A DNA stretch of 64,000 nt from Polyangiaceae bacterium (lineage in GTDB: Bacteria > Myxococcota_A > Polyangia > Polyangiales > Polyangiaceae), in NCBI GenBank assembly GCA_044376115.1, contig JBILLK010000011.1:256001-320000 (forward strand). The letters run 5' to 3'. The position numbers and the translations under genes were made by a program. Each line of letters starts with the position of its first letter. Position 1 is the first letter of the stretch. The notes under the pieces were generated by a model, which was given only the letters and a program-made list of their open reading frames with translations, had not been told where the DNA came from and searched no databases. Positions 8,907 through 16,059 of this stretch are shown here, one piece after another.

Positions 8907-9644
8907 TCATTCGCCGAACAGACCGCTCGCACAATGGTGCTGAAGCTTTCTTCGCGATACGTCCGAGCGTCGTAGCTCGATATGTTGCTTTAGCTGTGCG
9001 TGGAAACCGCGCTCTTGCGTGTTCCAATGGGGTCCCACGAGAAGGTGAGGGAGGCACCCTTTTGCCGCAACGTCAGCCGCTGAAACGTCAGGCCCGTAGA
9101 TATGTATTTCCAAGCCGTGGCGCAGCCCGCCCAATAGCTCGATAGCAAATAGCCGCCAATCCGCGCCCCAATTCCCGGTGGTGCCGAGTCGCTCGTGCGT
9201 AGGGTCCATGACCGCGGGGAGCTCTTCCCATATTGCGCCGAGATCTTCGTTTGAAAGTGAGCTTCCATCGCTAAACCTGATGCGGCCTTCGTCTCCGCTG
9301 GCCGCCCTCTCTTGGGGTAGGAGGTCGAGTTGCTCGTCGAAGAAGGCGCTTACGCCCTCTGCGGCGGCAGATGAAGCGTCCACCGCCGGGGTGAAGCAGG
9401 CGCCGACTCGGAGACACCCTACGAACGTCTGCACCCACCCGATCTTCGAGTGGCCCGAGTAGCCAACCCGATGCCCCTCCACGAGACCAGCCTCGCGGAG
9501 CAGCTCGGCTACGCGCTTCCCTCCCATCCAAAGGGAGGGTGAGGCGCAAATCCTCTCCGGCGCTCCTGCGCTGTGCTCGATGACCATCGGCAAGGCGCCG
9601 GCGAGCCATCGAGCGCGAAAGTCGCGTAGGAGAGGTTCACTCAC
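8907..9644 (-). CDS. degenerate AMP-binding (acyl-CoA ligase-like) N-terminal domain protein
   Basis: LREAGLVEGHRV...FVGCLRVGACFTP resembles the ANL N-terminus; no TSGTTGxPKG loop; only 245 aa; GTG start overlaps the upstream TGA. Confidence 0.55.
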   Translation of the reverse strand: MSEPLLRDFRARWLAGALPMVIEHSAGAPERICASPSLWMGGKRVAELLREAGLVEGHRVGYSGHSKIGWVQTFVGCLRVGACFTPAVDASSAAAEGVSAFFDEQLDLLPQERAASGDEGRIRFSDGSSLSNEDLGAIWEELPAVMDPTHERLGTTGNWGADWRLFAIELLGGLRHGLEIHIYGPDVSAADVAAKGCLPHLLVGPHWNTQERGFHAQLKQHIELRRSDVSRRKLQHHCASGLFGE

Positions 9645-11077
9645 TCGGCGCTCGGGGCTTCTTGAATGCGTGAACGCAGGACCTGAAAAGCTCGCTCATC
9701 GAGCAGCCCTGCAGCGCCGCGCGGAGTCAGGACGGCAAAGGCGAACGTCGGCTCGTAGCTGGCGTCCACCATGGCGGCCGGGAGCGCGACTCCTTGCGCC
9801 CGAGTAGGCGCGCCGCTGCCGATGACCTCAACGCTGCGACCCGACGCGAAGGTGACTCGATAGGTCGCCGGCGGCGCCGCCGGGTCGTTACGGAGGTCCA
9901 ACGTAGCCTCCGCTTTCTCGCTCGAGGCGTCGAGCAAGGCGCGACTCGGGAAGCAGACCAACGAGCCCCGGCCTTCAACCACGACGAAGCCCTCTCCGCT
10001 CGCAAGCCCAGCGCGAGGGATCGTAATGATGACCTCGGTTGAGCGACCTTCGGTGTCTGCGACCGACGCGGTGGCGCCCATCACCTCGAGCTCGGCGAGG
10101 AACGTGCTCCAGGTGCTACGTGCGTCCTCATTGGCTTCGAGCGTGCGACTCAGGTCGCCGCGCCCCTCGAACGAAAGCCGCAGCTCCGTTGAGCGTTCAC
10201 CCGAATTCACCGATACGCTGAACTCGGCATGGGCCGGCTTGCCCTGCGCCTGTCGGGCTTCGGGCTTCTCCTGCGCGAAGGCTAGAAGTACGGCTCCGGC
10301 GCCTCGCGTTACATCGGCGAGCTTGCGGGCGAGCCGAAGGTCCACCTTGAGCTCGGGCGACGCCGCTTTGGCCACGGTGATGCGAGCGCCGGTGTCGCGC
10401 GCCATCGCCTCCACACAGTCTGCAAGAATCGGCCAGACGGTGTCGAAGTCAACCGCGAGCACACGGTCGGCCTCTTGTGCGAGATCCGCCAGCATCTTCT
10501 CATAGCGCTTGGTCAGCACATCCAGCCGAGTGGCAGGTAGCGATTGTGCTGTACGTAGCTCGGTTAGGCTGGCCGCTGCGTCAGAGGCCTCCGAGAAGAT
10601 CCGCGCGACGCTCGCGATCTGCCCTTCGCAGTGCTTTAGGAAGCGCTGTGTCCCGTTGACGTCGGGCCCGCCAATCGCGACGGGCTCAACACAAATCGCG
10701 TCGAGCTTTTCCACCTCGGAGGGCATCATGAAGCCTTCCACAGCCGTTAGGATGTCCGCGCAGACCGAGCCTTTGATGAATACCGAGGGCTCCGCTTCGC
10801 CGTCACGGATACACTGATAGTTCATGGTTTGGTTGTAGCGGACCCATTCGGTCTTTAGCTCCAGCCAGAGGAAGCCAATCGAACGGTAAAGCTCCGGCTC
10901 GTCTTCCGGTGCACCGAGCGCGTCGGCCAACTCCGCGATCGAAGCCGCCTTGGACCGCGCATAGTCCATCACCTTGTCCCGGATGGCCTGCTCCACCTTC
11001 ATGTCGTCCAAAAGGCTGGCGACCTGCGGGAGCAACCGCTCCCCCGTCATCTGCTTGAATTTTTCTGATAGCAACAT
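9641..11077 (-). CDS. pseudo-CheA: unrecognised helical N-domain, degenerate HATPase and CheW-like C-terminus
   Basis: GGAGG RBS before ATG 11077; EKPEARQAQGKPAHAEFSV, SFEGRG, MGATASVADTEGRSTEVIITIP and GFVVVEGRGSLVCFP follow the CheA P4-P5 layout without the catalytic N/D residues. Confidence 0.6.
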   Translation of the reverse strand: MLLSEKFKQMTGERLLPQVASLLDDMKVEQAIRDKVMDYARSKAASIAELADALGAPEDEPELYRSIGFLWLELKTEWVRYNQTMNYQCIRDGEAEPSVFIKGSVCADILTAVEGFMMPSEVEKLDAICVEPVAIGGPDVNGTQRFLKHCEGQIASVARIFSEASDAAASLTELRTAQSLPATRLDVLTKRYEKMLADLAQEADRVLAVDFDTVWPILADCVEAMARDTGARITVAKAASPELKVDLRLARKLADVTRGAGAVLLAFAQEKPEARQAQGKPAHAEFSVSVNSGERSTELRLSFEGRGDLSRTLEANEDARSTWSTFLAELEVMGATASVADTEGRSTEVIITIPRAGLASGEGFVVVEGRGSLVCFPSRALLDASSEKAEATLDLRNDPAAPPATYRVTFASGRSVEVIGSGAPTRAQGVALPAAMVDASYEPTFAFAVLTPRGAAGLLDERAFQVLRSRIQEAPSAE

Positions 11078-11132
11078 AGAGTCCTCCGATACCGTCAATG
11101 GTTTCTCAAGATGTCGTTCGAGACGGTCTGAA

Positions 11133-11501
11133 CTACTTCTTGGTGACGAAGACCCAGTTGGTTCGCGAGGGCTTATGGCGATAAAGCCGAATGCCCACGT
11201 TTGTCGGGCGCATCTTATAGGTGAATGTGTAATTGAACTCGACGTCGAGGTCCCCCTTGGCGACGCCATCCTTGAAGCGGCCAAAGAAGAGCCGGTTGTT
11301 GGTGCAGACGGCAATCTGCGTGAAGAAGTTCTTGCCCTCGGTCGTCGCGGGCGAGAAGCCTGCCATCTCAGCTTCCCAGCGATTGTACATCTGGATTATG
11401 CCTGCGTCGTCCACCTTGACGACGCCATAGTTCACAGCGTTTGCCTGATCGCGGGAGATCATATCGAGATTGCTCAAGAGACTGGATTCGACAAATGACA
11501 T
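11133..11501 (-). CDS. pyp: photoactive yellow protein homologue (122 aa)
   Basis: Ungapped match to Halorhodospira halophila PYP: MYNRWE (Y42, E46), GKNFFTQIAVCT (C69), FGRFKDGV, YTFTYKMRPT (F96, Y98, M100), WVFV (W119). Confidence 0.93.
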   Translation of the reverse strand: MSFVESSLLSNLDMISRDQANAVNYGVVKVDDAGIIQMYNRWEAEMAGFSPATTEGKNFFTQIAVCTNNRLFFGRFKDGVAKGDLDVEFNYTFTYKMRPTNVGIRLYRHKPSRTNWVFVTKK

Positions 11502-11520
11502 GGGATGAGCCTTTCGGGTC

Positions 11521-13173
11521 TCAGCCGAAGATTCTTCGGATGGTCGACGGTTTAGATTGTTGTTCACGTAGTGAGTTGAATTTAGATATAAGTTCAAGCG
11601 GGTCGTGTGAGCCGAGCGCTCTCTCGAGCCGCTCGCGATCCGCCTTCATTGAACGAACTTGGCTCTCCAGGGAGCTGCGATCGTCCTTCTGTTCTTGGCG
11701 CTCTTGGTAAAGGGACTCCACCTGGGCAAGGAGGTTCTCCCGCATCATGCGCTCGCGCTGAATCACGGCGACGGCGGACTCCGAGCCAACTTCATCGAGG
11801 AGCTCCTGCCGCTCTGCATAGAGGGCCTCGACCTGAGCGAGGAGGTTCTGGGCCATGGTCTTGGCGTCGGAGTCGTCATTGCCGGCCGCTTCTCTATCGG
11901 CATAGAGGGCCTCGACCTGAGCGAGGAGGTTCTGGGCCATGGTCTTGGCGTCGGAGTCGTCATTGCCGGCCGCCTCTCTATCGGCATAGAGGGCCTCGAC
12001 CTGAGCGAGGAGGTTCTGGGCCATGGTCTTGGCGTCGGAGTCTTCGCAAGCGGCGGCTTCTCTATCTGCGATAAGCGATTCGACTAGCACGAGGAGGTTC
12101 TGGGCCATGGTCTTGGCCTCGGAGTCGTCGTCGTTGGCTTCTCTATCTGCGATGAGAGACTCGACCTGAATCAGGAGATTCTGGGCCATGGTCTTGGCCT
12201 CGGAGTCTTCGTTGGCAGCGGCTTCTCTATCCGCAATAAGCGATTCGACCAGCACGAGGAGGTTCTGGGCCATGGTCTTGGCCTCGGAGTCTTCGTTGGC
12301 AGCGGCTTCTCTATCCGCGATGAGAGACTCGACCTGAATCAGGAGATTCTGGGCCATGGTCTTGGCCTCGGAGTCGTCGTCGTTGGCTTCTCTATCTGCG
12401 ATGAGAGACTCGACCTGAATCAGGAGATTCTGGGCCATGGTCTTGGCCTCGGAGTCTTCGTTGGCAGCGGCCTCTCTATCTGCGATAAGCGATTCGACCA
12501 GCACGAGGAGGTTTTGGGCCATGGTCTTAGCCTCGGAATCGTCGTCGCCGGCTGTCTCTCTATCCGCGATCAGGGACTCGACCTGTGCGAGCAGGTTGTC
12601 GATGGTCTGCTGCTGACTTGATTGTGCGCGCTCGGATCGTTCGCGCTCTTGATGGAGACCAGCGATTTGGATGCTGAGCCTCTCGACCGTCTCGAGCGAT
12701 CGATGCAGGCTGATCATCAGCTCGTCATTGGCCGGTAAGCTTCGTTCAGCCGGCGCACTCGCTGCTACGTGCTTGGTGGCTTGGCTCTCGCGTTCGGCGT
12801 AAAGGGTCTCGAGCTGCGCGGATAGGTTCTCTACCGTTGCCGTGAGCTTCTCCACCTCACGTTCGACTGGTGAGAGCTCGAGCCGTGCGCTGAGTTGGGC
12901 AGCCGGCGATTCAGCCTGCGGCGGAATGACCGAGTCTTGCTGAACCTCGACGGCGTCTCCTGGCGTCACCAGCTGGTCAACGAACTGGCTCCACATTTGA
13001 ACTGGGGATGGTGGGCGCAGTTTTTGGCGTCGCGGGCTGACCTCCGTAGGTCCGCCCACGCGGCGCACGACTTCCAAGGCAATCAGCAGGTCACGTACGC
13101 TAACTTCCTCGCCTTGGATTCGTACTAACGTATCCTCCGCCTGTTGATCGTTGTGTGCGAGCCTATGGGTCAT
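11521..13173 (-). CDS. acidic coiled-coil protein with tandem 27-28 aa repeats, directly upstream of pyp
   Basis: GAGGAG RBS; nine copies of AKTMAQNLL; 19-bp gap to pyp. Confidence 0.85.
   Translation of the reverse strand: MTHRLAHNDQQAEDTLVRIQGEEVSVRDLLIALEVVRRVGGPTEVSPRRQKLRPPSPVQMWSQFVDQLVTPGDAVEVQQDSVIPPQAESPAAQLSARLELSPVEREVEKLTATVENLSAQLETLYAERESQATKHVAASAPAERSLPANDELMISLHRSLETVERLSIQIAGLHQERERSERAQSSQQQTIDNLLAQVESLIADRETAGDDDSEAKTMAQNLLVLVESLIADREAAANEDSEAKTMAQNLLIQVESLIADREANDDDSEAKTMAQNLLIQVESLIADREAAANEDSEAKTMAQNLLVLVESLIADREAAANEDSEAKTMAQNLLIQVESLIADREANDDDSEAKTMAQNLLVLVESLIADREAAACEDSDAKTMAQNLLAQVEALYADREAAGNDDSDAKTMAQNLLAQVEALYADREAAGNDDSDAKTMAQNLLAQVEALYAERQELLDEVGSESAVAVIQRERMMRENLLAQVESLYQERQEQKDDRSSLESQVRSMKADRERLERALGSHDPLELISKFNSLREQQSKPSTIRRIFG
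11808..12597 (-). repeat. in-frame tandem repeat, 84/81-bp unit, about 9.5 copies
   Basis: GGCCATGGTCTT recurs on the + strand with spacings 84,84,84,81,84,84,81,84; the unit encodes NLL(A/I/V)(Q/L)VE(S/A)L(I/Y)ADRE-acidic linker-S(E/D)AKTMAQ. Confidence 0.95.
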
Positions 13174-13262
13174 TCCGGGTCTCCTCGGGATGCCCGGGAG
13201 AACGGACCAACAGCGCGGCGATATAAGGTTTGTTTGTTTTAGAAGACCACTACCGTGTGCCG

Positions 13263-14279
13263 TTACGTCGGCGAAAAACTCCAGTACGTAGAACTACTGA
13301 TCGGTGTTCCTGCGGACTCATTGGGTGATAGTCGGCCGATGCGCAGCCAAGGATTTGGCAGTTTGAGTTGTAAGGCCGTCGCTGCGATTGTTATGTAAGA
13401 GGATAGTTGCTTGTGCGCTGACCTGGACCAAGACTCGCCGCGCAGGTTCGCCAGGAGGAGCTCCATGCAGGTGTTACCGCAGCGTTCCCCAATCCCCATC
13501 GCCGTCGCGTGAATACGATCGACGCCGCACTCAGCCGCGGTGAGGGCATTGGCGAGTGCAAGCCCACGATCATTGTGGCCATGGAAATCGAGGGAAGTAT
13601 CCGTAAAGCCCCGGTCAGAAAGGAGCTGCTTTACATAGCGGACCAGGGTGCGCACGCCGTTCTGATCGGCGTGACCAACGGTGTCTGCGATGCAAAGTCT
13701 GCTGGCTCCTGCATCGAGCGCAGTAAGGAGCAGGGGGGTCAGGACAGCTGGTGCGCTGCGAGTCGTGTCTTCCGTCACGAAGGTGACCTCGAGACCCGCA
13801 CGCGACGCTATGTTTACGGCCGAGCGGGTTCGCTCTATCAGCTCGTTTAGCCTCCAACCCTCTGCGTAGGCGCGTATCGAACTCGAGCCGATGAACGTGT
13901 GCGCTTCTACCTTCGCTCCCGTTTGGTCGCAGACCTGCAGGATAGTCCGTATATCTGCTGATAACGTTCTTCCCGCGAGCACCGGTATGAGCGGGAGCCG
14001 CTGACGTTCAATCTCCGTCACAAGCCGAATAGCGTCGTCTTTCGCCCGCGTGGATGCTGCGGGAATACCGAGATTGACGGCATTGATGCCTAGTTTTGGC
14101 ATCGCGTGAAGCAGCTCTAGTTTTTCTCGCAGACTGGGGTGCCTTGCTGAGGGGCACTGAAGCCCGTCACGTAACGTTTCATCGAGTACATGCGTCGCCT
14201 GAAAAGCGGAAAGTAACGAGTCATTCCGCCGAATGCGGATGCATTGATTCCAGTCGTAGGGTGCTCTCGGATCGTTCAT
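13263..14279 (-). CDS. DRE-TIM metallolyase, 2-isopropylmalate/homocitrate synthase-like, C-terminally short
   Basis: DETLRDGLQ, EDTTR, IADTVG, HGHNDRGLALAN, GIGERCGN; 338 aa. Confidence 0.85.
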   Translation of the reverse strand: MNDPRAPYDWNQCIRIRRNDSLLSAFQATHVLDETLRDGLQCPSARHPSLREKLELLHAMPKLGINAVNLGIPAASTRAKDDAIRLVTEIERQRLPLIPVLAGRTLSADIRTILQVCDQTGAKVEAHTFIGSSSIRAYAEGWRLNELIERTRSAVNIASRAGLEVTFVTEDTTRSAPAVLTPLLLTALDAGASRLCIADTVGHADQNGVRTLVRYVKQLLSDRGFTDTSLDFHGHNDRGLALANALTAAECGVDRIHATAMGIGERCGNTCMELLLANLRGESWSRSAHKQLSSYITIAATALQLKLPNPWLRIGRLSPNESAGTPISSSTYWSFSPT

Positions 14280-14430
14280 GCGTCACTGAGGCTCAGCATC
14301 AAGTGTGCCGCGGCCGCGGGCTAATGCGCTATGCACTGCGCGCTTAAGCGATTGTTTGGTTGCGCGCTTTGCAACGGTGCGGTCGGCCGCGTCGTCTTGC
14401 TGGACGACCCAAACCCGACGAGGAGTGGCT

Positions 14431-15948
14431 ATGTCGAACGAGTCCAAAGAATCGCCTGCAGTGGACCCCAGCCTGCTCGTCGAGGTGGGCAACACGAAGA
14501 TCCCAATGAGCGAGCTGATCATGGCGCTCGACCTGTTGAAGGGTGTCAGCGGGAGGAGCCCCGTACCTCGCCCGCATCGGCCCTCAGCCAAGGACGCCGT
14601 TCGTATGTGGAATCAGTTCGTCCAAGACCTCGTTGAACCGCAGTCGGGTGAGCAGGCTTGCGATACCGACGCGAAGGCTGCGCAGATTGAGCTAGCGGCC
14701 TCCGTCGTGCGCGCTGACCAAGTCACGCAGGAGCTTACCGAGCTAAAGGAGAAGTTCGCGACGCTCTCCCAGCTTCACACGGACGAGCGTGCCAACAGTG
14801 AAGCCCTGGCGACAGCGCTCGGCGTTGCTCGGGCTGCAGCCGAGACTCAGCGTGTCGAGCTAAGCACGCTTCAAGAGCAGCTGGATAGCTCAGCCTCTTT
14901 GGCGGCCGAGAAGGATGCTGCGATCGTTGAGCTCGCTGAAGCCGAGAAAGCGTACGAGAACGTTGGACAAGAGTTAGGCAGAGTGATCGCAGAGCGCGAT
15001 GGGCTCGCACACTCGCTGGCCGAGGTGGCTGCACGAGCCGAACAGCAGCGCGCCGACGCCGAACAATTGCGAGCCTCGTTGCAAGCGAGCCAAACGCAGG
15101 TTGAAGCGTTAGCGACGGCGGCTGCTCAAGCTGAGGCGGTTCACGCGGAGGCTTGCGCAGGCCTTGTCGCGGCGCATGCGGCAGCACTCGCTGCTAGCGA
15201 CGAGGCGCACTCGATTGCTCTCGCGAGTCAGTTGGAGGCGCATGCCGCAGAGGTTGCGAGCCTCAAAGCCGAGAATGCCGAAGTCTCAGCGGGTGGGGTT
15301 CAGTTGGCGCGGACGCTGGCGGCGGCCCTGGTTGAGCAACAGGCGGCAACGAACCGTGCCGAGCAGCTGCAGAGCCAGCTCGCGTTGCAGGCGTCGACGC
15401 AGCATGAGTGTACGACTGCGTTGCACGCTCTCGAATCCCGCCACGCCGAGTTGCAGGGCGTGCACGAAGCGATGCAAGCGAGGGTGCTCGAACTCGAGGC
15501 TCAGCTCGCGGAGGGTGAGCCTCAGGTCGCTGAGGCGCACGTCGCTGAGCCATGCGTGAACTGTGCCTCGCTCGAGGGGCAAGTCGACTCGCTGCAGATT
15601 GCGGTTCAACGGGCGGCTGACATCCATGCCAGTCTTGTTCAGCACGCAGCCAAGTTGCACGCCGACAAGCGCCAGTTGGCTGATGCCATCGGTGGGGAAG
15701 ACCCGCTTGAGACGCTGCGAGTGGAGCGTGCCAACGCCGCAAATGTGGTGGCCTACGCCGCAAGCTTGCATGCAGAGCTCTGCTACGAGAGTTCGCTACC
15801 AACTCAGTCTCCCCCGCCCGTGAGCCCAAGCGCGGAGCAACCCGTGGAGGAGCTGGCTCCGTCCTATGCCGAAGCTTCTTCGAGCGAGCGGATGCCGCTG
15901 GCCTCCACGCGGCCGAATCCACGCAGCGAAGCCCCCGCTCTCAACTAG
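14431..15948 (+). CDS. Ala-rich coiled-coil protein, paralogue of 11521-13173
   Basis: GAGGAG RBS before ATG 14431; N-terminal SELIMALDLL...VRMWNQFVQDLVEP matches RDLLIALEVV...VQMWSQFVDQLVTP. Confidence 0.8.
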   Translation: MSNESKESPAVDPSLLVEVGNTKIPMSELIMALDLLKGVSGRSPVPRPHRPSAKDAVRMWNQFVQDLVEPQSGEQACDTDAKAAQIELAASVVRADQVTQELTELKEKFATLSQLHTDERANSEALATALGVARAAAETQRVELSTLQEQLDSSASLAAEKDAAIVELAEAEKAYENVGQELGRVIAERDGLAHSLAEVAARAEQQRADAEQLRASLQASQTQVEALATAAAQAEAVHAEACAGLVAAHAAALAASDEAHSIALASQLEAHAAEVASLKAENAEVSAGGVQLARTLAAALVEQQAATNRAEQLQSQLALQASTQHECTTALHALESRHAELQGVHEAMQARVLELEAQLAEGEPQVAEAHVAEPCVNCASLEGQVDSLQIAVQRAADIHASLVQHAAKLHADKRQLADAIGGEDPLETLRVERANAANVVAYAASLHAELCYESSLPTQSPPPVSPSAEQPVEELAPSYAEASSSERMPLASTRPNPRSEAPALN

Positions 15949-16059
15949 GCGCCGCAGCCCTCTGCAATTCTTCGTGGCCGCTCTCGCAGGGACGCGGTAG
16001 GTGCCTTTGGCCGGCTCTTGCCGGAGCGAGCATCTAGCGTAGTGAGCGAGGGTTTTGCC

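Noticed and set aside
11078..11597. Longer ORF-track starts for pyp (11597) and the pseudo-CheA (11314)
   Set aside because: The extensions overlap neighbouring genes; RBS-like sequences and PYP homology support ATG 11501 and ATG 11077
11808..12597. Regularly spaced repeats resembling a CRISPR array
   Set aside because: Units are multiples of 3 within an open frame, the intervening sequences are themselves near-identical, and no cas genes are present
14217..14231. 15-bp identity (CGAGTCATTCCGCCG) with 2163-2177
   Set aside because: Isolated, lies inside a coding region, and a few such matches are expected by chance in 64 kb of GC-rich DNA
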